DNA of 64,000 nt, from positions 26,349 through 90,348 of the forward strand of contig CAWIDR010000008.1 of NCBI GenBank assembly GCA_963834905.1. The letters are read 5' to 3'. The notes below the pieces were generated by a model, which did not search any database, had not been told where the DNA came from, and saw only the letters and a program-made list of their open reading frames with translations. Position numbers and translations under genes: made by a program. Source of the stretch: an uncultured Thermoleophilia bacterium (lineage in GTDB: Bacteria; Actinomycetota; Thermoleophilia; UBA2241). Positions 20,957-32,996 of the stretch are shown here, in pieces. Within the stretch, counting starts at the first letter, position 1. Every line of letters starts with the position of its first letter.

Positions 20957-21514
20957 TCAGAGGCCGAGCTCGGGGGCGATGGCCTGCATCGCCTCGAGGC
21001 CGAGGGCGAAGAACTCGTCCAGTTCGATGCCGAGCTCTACGCAGCGCGCGATGGACTCGCGGTGGACGCCGCGCGCGAAGGCGCCTTCGCGGTAGCGCTT
21101 GCGCACCGACTTGACCTTGACGCCGGCGAGGTCCTTGTCCGGGCGCACCAGCGCCGCCGCGGTGATCAGGCCGCTGAGCTGGTCGGCGGCGATGAGCGCG
21201 ACGTCGATGCGCTCCGTCGCGGCGACCCCCGTGTCCGGATTGTGGGCCGCGACGGCGTGCGTGGCCGCCTCCGGCAGGCCGAGCGCGCCGAGGGTCTCCG
21301 CGGCTTGGGCGCCGTGGCGAGCGATGTCGTTCTCGGTCTCTTCGGCGTCGAGGTCGTGACCGAGGCCGGTGAGGCCCCACACGTCCGGGTCCTCGTCGAG
21401 GCGCGTCGCCAGCGCGCGCATGATCGCCTCGGTGGCGAGCATGTGGCGGCGCAGGTTCTCGTTCCGCACGTGCGCCTGCACCTCGGCGAGCACGGGGGCG
21501 CGGTCGAGCGTCAT
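20957..21514 (-). CDS. HD-domain phosphohydrolase
   Basis: Intact 185-aa ORF. It carries LRRHMLATEAIMRALA...GLGHDLD (H...HD signature). It overlaps the coaBC stop by 4 nt. Confidence 0.7.
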   Translation of the reverse strand: MTLDRAPVLAEVQAHVRNENLRRHMLATEAIMRALATRLDEDPDVWGLTGLGHDLDAEETENDIARHGAQAAETLGALGLPEAATHAVAAHNPDTGVAATERIDVALIAADQLSGLITAAALVRPDKDLAGVKVKSVRKRYREGAFARGVHRESIARCVELGIELDEFFALGLEAMQAIAPELGL

Positions 21515-22722
21515 CGGGCCAGCCCCGCCTCGATCTGGTCGGCGATGGCGGCCGCGCAGGCCGTCTTCGTCGTGCGCGGCACGTGCACTTCGCCGTCCGG
21601 CGTGAGGATGGTGATCTCGTTCTCGTCCGAGCCGATGCCGACGCCCTCGGCCAGGATGTCGTTGAACACGAGCAGGTCGACGCCCTTGGCCGCCTTCTTG
21701 GCCCGCGCCCTGTCCAGCCGCGGGCCGGCCTCGGCGGCGAAGCCGACGCGGTACAGGCCCGGTCTGGCCGTGGATGCGAGCACATCGACCGTGCGCACGA
21801 GCTTCAGCGTGAGCGACTCGCGCTCGCCGCGCTCGATCTTGCCGCCCTCTTCGTCCCTGGGGCGGAAGTCGGCGACGGCCGCGGCCATGACGAGCACGTC
21901 GGCGTCACGCACCTGCTCGCCGACCGCCGCGGCCATCTCGGCCGCGCTCTCGACGCGGACGACTTCGTAGGAGGCGCCGTCGGCCGGCTGCGTGGTCACG
22001 AGCGTGACCCGCGCGCCGCGCAGGTACGCCTCGTCGGCGACCGCGCGGCCCATCTTGCCGCTGGAGCGGTTGCCGATGAAGCGCACCGCGTCGATCCGCT
22101 CACGGGTGCCGCCGGAGGTGACCACGACCTTCTTGCCGGAGAGCGGGCCCGACGAGGAACGGGCGAGCGCCCGGCGCACGGCGAGGCGGATGGCGTCGGG
22201 AGAGGCCATCCGGCCCGAGCCCTCTTCGCCGCAGGCGAGCTCTCCCTCTTCGGTGGGCAGCACCTCCACCCCGCGTTCCGCGAGCACGCGCACGTTCTCG
22301 CGCGTGGCCGCGTGCTCGTTCATCGCCCAGTTCATGGTGGGCGCCACGATCACCGGACCGCGGAAGGCGAGGTAGATCGCCGTCAGCAGATTGTCGGCCA
22401 TGCCGGCGGCCATCTTGGCCAGCGTGTTCGCCGTCGCCGGAGCGACGACCATGACGCTGGCCTTCCTGGCCGCCTCGATGTGCTGGAACCAGCCGCCGCT
22501 GGCCTGCCAGGCGCTCTGATCGTCGAGCACCGGGGCCTGCGAGACGGCCGCGAACGTCAGCGGCATCACGAAGCGCTGAGCGGCCTCCGTGGTGACGACC
22601 AGCGGCTGAAAGCCGTCCTTGACGAGGCCGCGCACCAGCTCCACGGCCTTGTAGATGGCGATGCCGCCCGTGACACCGACGAGCACGGTGCGGGCGGCAT
22701 GGATGGTAGGAGCCTCGCTCAC
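21511..22722 (-). CDS. coaBC: bifunctional phosphopantothenoylcysteine decarboxylase / phosphopantothenate-cysteine ligase
   Basis: GTG 22722 opens VSEAPTIHAARTVLVGVTGGIAIYKAVELVR. Further motifs are ...VVAPATANTLAKMAAGMADNLL...VVVTSGGTRERIDAVRFIGNRSSGKMG. The gene is intact, but as sequenced it is in frame with rpoZ upstream. Confidence 0.92.
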   Translation of the reverse strand: MSEAPTIHAARTVLVGVTGGIAIYKAVELVRGLVKDGFQPLVVTTEAAQRFVMPLTFAAVSQAPVLDDQSAWQASGGWFQHIEAARKASVMVVAPATANTLAKMAAGMADNLLTAIYLAFRGPVIVAPTMNWAMNEHAATRENVRVLAERGVEVLPTEEGELACGEEGSGRMASPDAIRLAVRRALARSSSGPLSGKKVVVTSGGTRERIDAVRFIGNRSSGKMGRAVADEAYLRGARVTLVTTQPADGASYEVVRVESAAEMAAAVGEQVRDADVLVMAAAVADFRPRDEEGGKIERGERESLTLKLVRTVDVLASTARPGLYRVGFAAEAGPRLDRARAKKAAKGVDLLVFNDILAEGVGIGSDENEITILTPDGEVHVPRTTKTACAAAIADQIEAGLAR

Positions 22723-22971
22723 GGCTGGGTCAGTCGGTGGGTTCTCGTGGTCGATCTTGTTGTCGACGATCTCCTCGAAGGCGATCGTGAGCAGGTTGGT
22801 GCTGCGCGTCGTGATCAGCGGCGGCGTGAGCTCTTCGAGCCCGAGGGTGTTCTCGCCGAGGCTGTGGTAGTAGTTGTTGATCTGCCGCGCGCGCTTGGCG
22901 GCGATCATGACCAGCTCGTAGCGAGAGCCGTCCGCGTGGGGCAGCAACTCGTCGATGCGGGGCTTGTCCAC
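22719..22971 (-). CDS. rpoZ: DNA-directed RNA polymerase subunit omega; stop codon out of frame as sequenced
   Basis: GTG 22971 opens VDKPRIDELLPHADGSRYELVMIAAKRARQINNYY. An insertion-type step in the non-conserved tail (~22725-22770) would end the protein at TGA 22721..22719. That stop overlaps the coaBC GTG (GTGA). Confidence 0.8.
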
Positions 22972-23531
22972 TAGTCTTCTCTCCTCTGTGCTTCGATGAT
23001 GGCGGCCACCTCGTCGGCGGCGCGCCCGGCCTCGTCGTTCACCACGACGTGGTCGAATTCCTCTGCTGCGGCGACCTCGGTCTCCGCCCTGTGCAGCCGC
23101 TTCGCGATGGCCGCCGCCGTCTCCGTGCCGCGCCCGCGAAGTCGCTCCGCGAGTTCGGACATGCTCGGCGGCGCGATGAACACCGAGATCGCCTCGGGCA
23201 TCGTCTTGCGTACCGCGCGTGCGCCGATGAGCTCGATCTCGAGGATCACATCGTCGCCGGCCGCCAGCTTGGCCTCGACCTCGCTGCGGAGCGTACCGTA
23301 CAGGTTCCCACTGTACTCTACCCATTCGAGGAAGTCGCCCGACGCGACCGCACGCCGGAACGTCGCCTCGTCGAGGAAGTGATACTCGCGGCCGTCCACT
23401 TCGCCCGGCCGCGGCGCGCGCGTCGTCGCCGAGACGGACGTCACGACGCGCGTGAGGCGCTGGCGGACGAGGGCGATGACGGTCCCCTTCCCGGCGCCCG
23501 AGGGCCCCGAGATGACGAAGACAGCGGGGAT
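22971..23531 (-). CDS. gmk: guanylate kinase (apparent ATC start)
   Basis: The P-loop IPAVFVISGPSGAGKGTVIALV lies upstream of the ORF-track start. It is followed by ...SVSATTRAPRPGEVDGREYHF. Between the in-frame mihF TGA and the P-loop the only SD-positioned codon is ATC 23531 (GGAGG plus 7 nt). Confidence 0.88.
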   Translation of the reverse strand: MPAVFVISGPSGAGKGTVIALVRQRLTRVVTSVSATTRAPRPGEVDGREYHFLDEATFRRAVASGDFLEWVEYSGNLYGTLRSEVEAKLAAGDDVILEIELIGARAVRKTMPEAISVFIAPPSMSELAERLRGRGTETAAAIAKRLHRAETEVAAAEEFDHVVVNDEAGRAADEVAAIIEAQRRED

Positions 23532-23534
23532 GTG

Positions 23535-23867
23535 TCAGCCTCCGAAGTAGGCGAGCAGCTCGTGCCGCTGGCGCTCCGAGAGACCGCCGACGGTCTTGCT
23601 CGGGCTGATGCGGCACTGCTCCATGATGCGCGCCGACTTGACGCGGCCACACTTGGGCGCGGCCATGAGGAGGTCGGCGACCTTGGCCGTGAGCAGGAAC
23701 TCCGGCGGCGCGGCGAGGATCTCGTTGATGCTCACGCTGCCGTGCTTGAGGTCGGACTTGAGCGCCGCGCGGCGGCTGCGGACCTCGTTGGCCTTGCCCA
23801 GGGCGTCCATGCGCTGGCCGAGCGAGCGCGCAGGAGCCGTATTGAACTGCTTGGAAGAGGCGGACAT
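23535..23867 (-). CDS. mihF: actinobacterial integration host factor MihF
   Basis: Intact 110-aa ORF with ...RMDALGKANEVRSRRAALKSDLKHGSVSINEIL...VKSARIMEQCRISPSKTVGGLSERQRHELL. The mihF-gmk-rpoZ-coaBC order matches that in mycobacteria. Confidence 0.85.
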   Translation of the reverse strand: MSASSKQFNTAPARSLGQRMDALGKANEVRSRRAALKSDLKHGSVSINEILAAPPEFLLTAKVADLLMAAPKCGRVKSARIMEQCRISPSKTVGGLSERQRHELLAYFGG

Positions 23868-23875
23868 CGCGCGAG

Positions 23876-23905
23876 AGTATATGTGATGGCGCGCGCGCAG
23901 TTCAA
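23876..23905 (-). promoter_or_regulatory. promoter predicting a leaderless mihF mRNA
   Basis: On the minus strand, TTGAAC (23905..23900) is followed by an 18-nt spacer and TATACT (23881..23876). Six further nt (ctcgcg) lead to ATG 23867. Confidence 0.55.
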
Positions 23906-23972
23906 CAGGACCGCGGCAGGAAAATCGCAGACTAGCTGGCCTTTTCCTGGACGACCGGGTCGCGTGCGGCGA

Positions 23973-24914
23973 TCAGGCGCTCAGCGCCGCGCCGCGCGCC
24001 TCGGCCACGGACGAGAAGCCGTGAGCCTCGAGCTCGTCGCGGAGCTCCGCCAGGATGCGCTGCGGGGCTTCGAAGGCGGTGAAGTTGGCGGCGCCCACCG
24101 CCACCGCCGTGGCGCCGCAGGCGATGAACTCGAGCGCGTCCTGCCCGGTCATCACGCCGCCCATGCCGACGATCGGCGTGTCCGGGAACGCTTGCGCCAC
24201 CTCGGCGACCATGCGCAACGCGATGGGCTTGATCGCAGGGCCGCACAGGCCGCCGGTCCGGTTGCCGAGGAAGGGCTTCAGGGTCTGCCGGTCCAGCACG
24301 AGCGCCTTGAAGGTGTTGACCAGCGAGAGGCCGTCGGCGCCGGCGCCGAGCGCTGCCGCGCCGGCCTCGGTGACGTCGCGCACGTTGGGCGTGAGCTTGG
24401 CGAGCAGGAACCGGTCCGTGGCCTCGCGGCAGGCGGCGACGACCTCCGCGGTGGCGGCCGGGTCGGCGCCGATCTGCAGGCCGCTCGAGACGTTGGGGCA
24501 GGAGACGTTGAGCTCGTAGCCCTCGATCCGCGGGGCCGTGCCGGCGGGTGCTTCGGCCAGGTGCGCCTCGAGCGCCGCGACCACGGCCGCGTACTGCGCC
24601 GGCTCGTTGCCCCCGACGCTCACGATCACCGGCCGGCGCAGCGTCGCCCATCCGGGCAGCTGGCCGATCCACGCGTGGATGCCCGGGTTCTCGAGGCCGA
24701 TGGCGTTGACCATGCCCGCCGCAGTCTCGGTGACGCGCGGCGCGGGGTTGCCGATCCGCGCGTCGGCGGTGACCGTCTTGGGGACGTAGGCGGCGTACGG
24801 GAAGTCGGCGAAATAGTCGCCGTCGTAGCGAAGCGCGTACTCGAGGAGGTCGAACGTGCCCGAGGCGTCGACCAAGGGGTGGTCGAGCGCGACGGGCCCG
24901 AGGCTGACGGACAA
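23973..24914 (-). CDS. pyrD: dihydroorotate dehydrogenase, class 1B catalytic subunit
   Basis: Intact 313-aa ORF with a TTG start. Motifs: MVNAIGLENPG...ELNVSCPN...VNT...GLCGPAIKPIALRMV...GMGGV. Confidence 0.92.
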   Translation of the reverse strand: MSVSLGPVALDHPLVDASGTFDLLEYALRYDGDYFADFPYAAYVPKTVTADARIGNPAPRVTETAAGMVNAIGLENPGIHAWIGQLPGWATLRRPVIVSVGGNEPAQYAAVVAALEAHLAEAPAGTAPRIEGYELNVSCPNVSSGLQIGADPAATAEVVAACREATDRFLLAKLTPNVRDVTEAGAAALGAGADGLSLVNTFKALVLDRQTLKPFLGNRTGGLCGPAIKPIALRMVAEVAQAFPDTPIVGMGGVMTGQDALEFIACGATAVAVGAANFTAFEAPQRILAELRDELEAHGFSSVAEARGAALSA

Positions 24915-24974
24915 CTGCGGTCCGTCGCCGCGGAGCGGCGCCCCGCCGCCCCCCTAGCTGCTTTCGGCGGCTGG

Positions 24975-25766
24975 TCACGGCGTCACCTCGTCGAGCCTGA
25001 AGACCGGTCCCTCGCTGCAGACACGAAGCTTGCCGCGCGCGGTGTCGACCACGCAGCCGTGGCACGAGCCGGTGCCGCAGGCCATGTGGGCCTCGAGCGA
25101 GACGTAGCCGCGCAGCCCCTCCGCGAACGTCCATCGCTGGATGGCGGCGACCATGGGGTTGGGACCGCAGGTGTACACGGTGGTGCCTGGCGCGACGTCG
25201 AGCGCGGCCAGCAGGTGGAGCACGGTGCCGGCCTTCCCCACGCTGCCGTCTTCCGTCGCGACCCAGAGCCGCTCGATGCTGAAGGCGCCGGCCGCGCGAG
25301 CGGCGCGGAAGTCGCGGAAGCCGAAGGCGGCGGTGACGTGGGCGCCCGCCGCCGCCAGTTCGTCCGCCAGGTACTGCAGCGGTGCACAGCCGATGCCGCC
25401 GCCGATGAGCAGCGCGTTGGTGACGCCTTCCGTCGGGAACGCGCTGCCGAGCGGCCCGGCGACGTCGATCGCGTCGCCGACGTCGAGCTGCGTGAGCTGT
25501 TCGCTGCCGGCGCCGCGCGCCTCGATGAGCAGGCTGATCCGGTCGCCGTGCGCGGCGAACAGCGAGATGGGACGGCGGAGCAGGAAGCCTCCCCCGGGCA
25601 CGGTGACCATGACGAACTGCCCGGGGGCGGCGCGCCGCGCGACGCGCGGCGCGATCAGCTCGAGCGCGGCGAAGGCGCCGAAGTGACGCACGCCGGCGAC
25701 CCTGCAGTGGGACGTCTCCGCCCACTGCGAGTGGTCGCCATAGGTCTGTGCGTCAGCGCCGCTCAT
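24975..25766 (-). CDS. pyrK: dihydroorotate dehydrogenase electron-transfer subunit
   Basis: Intact 263-aa ORF with an FAD/NAD-binding fold (RPISL...GGGIGCAPL). The C-terminal cluster is ACGTGSCHGCVV...VCSEGP (2Fe-2S ligands). Confidence 0.9.
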   Translation of the reverse strand: MSGADAQTYGDHSQWAETSHCRVAGVRHFGAFAALELIAPRVARRAAPGQFVMVTVPGGGFLLRRPISLFAAHGDRISLLIEARGAGSEQLTQLDVGDAIDVAGPLGSAFPTEGVTNALLIGGGIGCAPLQYLADELAAAGAHVTAAFGFRDFRAARAAGAFSIERLWVATEDGSVGKAGTVLHLLAALDVAPGTTVYTCGPNPMVAAIQRWTFAEGLRGYVSLEAHMACGTGSCHGCVVDTARGKLRVCSEGPVFRLDEVTP

Positions 25767-25768
25767 GC

Positions 25769-28959
<3,191 letters not shown>

Positions 28960-28960
<1 letters not shown>

Positions 28961-30078
28961 CAGGCCTCCCCTCCCCGCTTGAACCGGTCGATCTCGTCGC
29001 GGAAGCGGTCGAACAGGTAGAGCGAGTCGTGCGGCCCCGGCGTGGACTCCGGGTGGTACTGCACCGAGAACGCGAAGCTGTCGGGCGACGCGACGCCCTC
29101 CACCGTGCCGTCGTTGAGGTTGACGTGCGTGATCTCGGCGCCGGGCACGGCCTCAGTCGCGGACCGCGAACCCGTGGTTCTGGGTCGTGATCTCGATGAC
29201 GCCGGTGCGCAGGTCCTTGACCGGGTGGTTGGCGCCCCGGTGACCGAACTTGAGCTTGAAGGTCTTGAGGCCGAGCGCCTGGGCCAGGAGCTGGTGCCCC
29301 AGGCAGATGCCGAACACGGGCACCTTGCCCAGCAGGCGCTCGATGGCCTTGACGCCGTAGGTGACGGCCGCCGGGTCGCCGGGGCCGTTGCTGAGGAAGA
29401 CGCCGTCCGGCGCCAGCTTGAGCACCTTCTGGGCGCTCGTGTTGGCGGGGACGACCGTGACGCGGAAGCCGCAGCCTGCCAGGTGGCCGAGCATCGAGCG
29501 CTTGATGCCGTAGTCGTAGGCCACGACGTGGAGGTCGGGCGCCGGCGCCCCTTCGGGAGCCGGCGCCTCGTATGCGTCTGCTCGCAGGTGACGACCTTGG
29601 CGAGGTCGAGGCCGCCCATGGCGGGCAGCCCCTGGGCGGCCTTGCGCAGGTGCTTGACGTCCTGCACGTCGGTGCTCACGACCGCGCGCAGCGCGCCCTG
29701 GTCGCGGATGTGCCGGGTGAGGGCGCGCGTGTCGACGCCGCTCACGGCCAGGACGCCGTGCTCGGCCAGCCAGTCGAGCCACGTCTGTCGCGAGGCCCGG
29801 TTGAAGCGGTAGTTGGTGAGCTCCCGGGCGATGATCGCCCGCGCGTGCGCCTTGCCGGACTCGTCGCGGTCGGCGTCGGCGCCGTAGTTGCCGTTCATCG
29901 GGAACGTGTAGGTGATGAGCTGGCCGCAGTAGGACGGATCGGTGGCGATCTCCTGGTAGCCGGCCATGCTGGTGTTGAAGACGAGCTCGCCGCCCACGGA
30001 CCCGGAGCCGGCGAGCGCCTCGCCGGCGAAGGTGACGCCGTCCTCGAGGACGATGACGGCCGGGCTAGGCAAGGTCAT
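28960..30078 (-). CDS. carA: carbamoyl-phosphate synthase small subunit, two compensating frame breaks as sequenced
   Basis: The ends of the 372-aa ORF are CarA-like ([15 protein letters not shown]...; ...[14 protein letters not shown]). The middle ~420 nt is CarA-like only in the frame of ORF 29153..29782 ([18 protein letters not shown]...[12 protein letters not shown]...GHRGANHPV). The junctions are at ~29578 (deletion-type) and ~29158 (insertion-type). Confidence 0.9.
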
Positions 30079-31381
30079 CCCAGGCGACGCGACCGGCGGC
30101 CACCGTGAGGCGGACCTTGCCGGTGAGCTCCTGCCCCAGCCAGGGGGAGTTCCAGGAGCGCGACTGCAGGGCCTCCGGCGTGACCGTCCAGACCGCCGCC
30201 GGGTCGACGACGCAGAGGTCGGCCGGGGCTCCGGCGGCGACCGTCGGCGCGTCCAGGCCGGCGATACGGGCCGGGGCCGCGCTCATGCGCGTGACGAGCG
30301 TGGCCAGGTCGAGCTCGCCGGCTTCGACGAGCTCCTTGTTGAGCACGCTGAAGGCGGTCTCGAGGCCGATGCACCCGAAGGGCGCCTCCTCGTAGGGCAC
30401 GTCCTTCTCCTCCGAGACGTGCGGCGCGTGGTCCGTGGCGACGCAGTCGATGAGGCCGCTCTTGAGCGCCTCGACGAGCGCCCTGCGGTCGCTCTCGGCG
30501 CGCAGCGGCGGGTTCATCTTGAGGTTGGGGTCGAGGGAGGCGACGCACTCGTCGTTGAGCGTGAGATGGTGCGGCGTGACCTCCGTCGTGACCCTGACGC
30601 CCGCCTCCTTGGCGCGCGCGATCGCCTCGAGCGACGCCTCGGTGCTGACGTGGCAGACGTGCAGGTCGGCGTCCTCGTAGGCGGCGATGTCGAGCGTGCG
30701 CGAGACGTCGAGGCTCTCGCAGAGCGACGGGATGCCGGTGAGGCCGAGACGGGCCGAGGCCGGGCCTTCGTGCATCTGCCCGCCCTTGAAGAGCGAGGCG
30801 TCCTGCGCGTGGATGGCGATGAAGCGCTTGCTCACCTTGACGTACTGGAGCGCGCGCCGGGTGATCGCCGCGGTGGGCAGCGGCATGCCGTCGTCGCTGA
30901 AGGCCACGGCGCCGGCGGCGCCGAGCTCGCCCATCTCGGTGAGCTCCTGGCCCTCGAGCCCCTTGGTGACCGCGGCGAAGAAGCCGACCGGGACGACCGC
31001 GTCGACGGTGGCCTGCAGGGCAAGACCCTTGAGCAGGCCGGCGTTGTCGACCACCGGGTCGGTGTTGGCCATGCCGAAGGCGGCGACGTACCCGCCGGCC
31101 GCGGCGGCCGCAGAGGCGGTCGCGATGTCCTCTTCGTCCTCGCGACCCGGCGTGCGGAAGTGGGCGTGCAGGTCGACGAAGCCCGGCAGGACGAGCATGC
31201 CGGCGGCGTCGACCACGCGCGTGTTCTTGCCGGCCTTGAGGTCCTTGCCGACCTCGGCCACCTTGCCCTTCTTGACGAGCACGTCCTGGACGGCGTCGAC
31301 GCCGCTCTCAGGATCGACGACGCGGCCACCCTTGATGAGGAGCTCGGCGGCGGGGAGAGGCTTGCACCACGTCCGTTCCAT
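30065..31381 (-). CDS. pyrC: dihydroorotase
   Basis: Intact 438-aa ORF. Motifs: PGFVDLHAHFRTPG...CHVST...ATDHAPH. Confidence 0.93.
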   Translation of the reverse strand: MERTWCKPLPAAELLIKGGRVVDPESGVDAVQDVLVKKGKVAEVGKDLKAGKNTRVVDAAGMLVLPGFVDLHAHFRTPGREDEEDIATASAAAAAGGYVAAFGMANTDPVVDNAGLLKGLALQATVDAVVPVGFFAAVTKGLEGQELTEMGELGAAGAVAFSDDGMPLPTAAITRRALQYVKVSKRFIAIHAQDASLFKGGQMHEGPASARLGLTGIPSLCESLDVSRTLDIAAYEDADLHVCHVSTEASLEAIARAKEAGVRVTTEVTPHHLTLNDECVASLDPNLKMNPPLRAESDRRALVEALKSGLIDCVATDHAPHVSEEKDVPYEEAPFGCIGLETAFSVLNKELVEAGELDLATLVTRMSAAPARIAGLDAPTVAAGAPADLCVVDPAAVWTVTPEALQSRSWNSPWLGQELTGKVRLTVAAGRVAWDDLA

Positions 31382-32322
31382 CAGAGCACCTCCCCACTCG
31401 CGGCACCGTCGCTGTAGCCGACGATGGTCCGGTACAGGATCGCCATGCGCACCGCGAGGCCGCTGAAGACCTGGTGGGCGATCAGGTTCTCGTCGTCGTC
31501 GGCGATGTCCGACGCGATCTCGACGCCGCGGTTGATCGGGCCGGGGTGCATGACCCGCTGCCCCGGCCGCAGCCGCGCCTGCGAGATGCCCCAGAGCTGG
31601 CTGTACTCGCGCAGCGAGGGCAGGTAGGCGGCGCCGGGCTTGATGCGCTCCTTCTGGATCCGGAGCAGGTAGATGACGTCGGCGTCCTTGAGGTTGGCGA
31701 GGTCGTACTCGACCTTGACGCCCATCTCCTCGATGCCGCGCGGCATGAGCGTCGGCGGCGCGACCAGGGTGACGTCCATGCCCAGCATCTGGAAGCCCAT
31801 GATGTCGCTGCGCGCGACGCGGCTGTGCAGGATGTCGCCGATGATGAAGACCTTGAGGCCGTCGAGGTCACGCCCCAGGTTCTGGCGCATGCTGAAGAGG
31901 TCGAGCAGGCACTGCGTGGGGTGCTGGTGCTTGCCGTCACCGGCGTTGATGACGCTCGCCTCGGTGTTGGCGGAGAGCGTCTGGCAGGCGCCGGCCGACG
32001 GGTGGCGCATGACGATGATGTCGGGCGAGTAGGCGCTCAGCGTGATCGCCGTGTCCTTGAGCGTCTCGCCCTTCTCGACGGCCGAGCCGCTGGCCTTGAG
32101 GGCCAGGGTGTCGGCCGAGAGGCGCTTGGCGGCGAGGTCGAAGCTCGACGACGTGCGCGTCGAGGCCTCCCAGAAGAGGTTGATGATCGTGCGCCCGCGG
32201 AGCGTCGGGACCTTCTTGATGTCGCGCTCGAGCACCGGCAGGAAGCTCTCGGCCGTGTCGAGCAGCAGCTCGACGTCGGCCCGCGAGAGGTCCTCGATGC
32301 TGATCAGGTCTCGCTTGGCCAT
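31381..32322 (-). CDS. pyrB: aspartate carbamoyltransferase catalytic subunit
   Basis: ATG 32322 opens MAKRDLISIEDL. Further motifs are ...EASTRTSSSF...HPTQ...HPGPINRG. These are the last 313 codons of ORF 31381..32733. Confidence 0.95.
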   Translation of the reverse strand: MAKRDLISIEDLSRADVELLLDTAESFLPVLERDIKKVPTLRGRTIINLFWEASTRTSSSFDLAAKRLSADTLALKASGSAVEKGETLKDTAITLSAYSPDIIVMRHPSAGACQTLSANTEASVINAGDGKHQHPTQCLLDLFSMRQNLGRDLDGLKVFIIGDILHSRVARSDIMGFQMLGMDVTLVAPPTLMPRGIEEMGVKVEYDLANLKDADVIYLLRIQKERIKPGAAYLPSLREYSQLWGISQARLRPGQRVMHPGPINRGVEIASDIADDDENLIAHQVFSGLAVRMAILYRTIVGYSDGAASGEVL

Positions 32323-32324
32323 GG

Positions 32325-32909
32325 TCACGCCTCCGTGGCGCGCACGAGAACGACCTCGTCGACGCCGTCGCACTCTTCGACCCTCACGCTGATGCGCTCG
32401 TTCGGCGCCGTGGGCAGGTTCTTGCCGACGTAGTCGGGCCGGATGGGCAGCTCGCGATGGCCGCGGTCCACGAGGACCGCGAGCTGCACCGCCGCCGGCC
32501 GCCCGTAGTCGAACAGGGCGTCGATGGCGGCGCGGATCGTGCGCCCCGTGTAGAGCACGTCGTCCACGAGGATGATGCGCGCCCCGTCGACGGCGAACGG
32601 GAGGTCGGTGTCCTTGACGACCGGCTGCGGCGTGCTGGGGATGACGCCCACCGCGCCGCGCGCGGCGACGTCGTCGCGGTAGAAGGAGATGTCGAGGTTG
32701 CCGGCGGAGTAGTCGCGGCCACCGACCTCGCAAAGGAGCTTGTGGATGCGCGCGCCGATGAAGGCGCCGCGGGTGTGGATGCCGACGACGGCGATCTTCT
32801 CGCCGCCGGGATTCTTCTCCAGGATCTCGTGGGCGATGCGCGTGATCGTGCGCGACATCTGCTCGGCCGTCAGGACGACGATCTCATTGGCGGGTCTGGG
32901 CTCAGGCAT
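32325..32909 (-). CDS. pyrR: bifunctional pyr operon regulator / uracil phosphoribosyltransferase PyrR
   Basis: ATG 32909 opens MPEPRPANEIVVLTAEQMSRTITRIAHEILEKN. Further motifs are ...VVGIHTRGAF...ILVDDVLYTGRTIRAAIDAL. The first gene of the pyr cluster is typically pyrR. Confidence 0.92.
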   Translation of the reverse strand: MPEPRPANEIVVLTAEQMSRTITRIAHEILEKNPGGEKIAVVGIHTRGAFIGARIHKLLCEVGGRDYSAGNLDISFYRDDVAARGAVGVIPSTPQPVVKDTDLPFAVDGARIILVDDVLYTGRTIRAAIDALFDYGRPAAVQLAVLVDRGHRELPIRPDYVGKNLPTAPNERISVRVEECDGVDEVVLVRATEA

Positions 32910-32990
32910 AAAAATAGCGCCGCCGGCACCTGATGGCGTACGGCAACGCTGCACCCCCTTTCCGTCTCTCGGGACGTGGATTAAAGGTCG
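32910..32990 (-). promoter_or_regulatory. pyr leader: PyrR-binding-loop-like hairpin plus terminator-like hairpin abutting the pyrR AUG
   Basis: The minus-strand RNA begins ...uuuaauccaCGUCccgagaGACGgaaaggggg. This is UCC..GAGAG-type, resembling the PyrR binding-loop consensus. It is followed by AGCGUUGCCG-15 nt-CGGCGGCGCU (10 bp with two G-U pairs) and then AUUUUU-AUG. Confidence 0.6.
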
Positions 32991-32996
32991 AGCCAT

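Noticed and set aside
32910-32996. The upstream ATG 32996 as the pyrR start (the ORF track gives a 223-aa version).
   Set aside because: The extra 29 residues (MARPLIHVPRDGKGVQRCRTPSGAGGAIF) overlap the PyrR-loop and terminator hairpins and are not PyrR-like. The ATG directly follows the predicted -10 box. ATG 32909 gives a normal-length PyrR.
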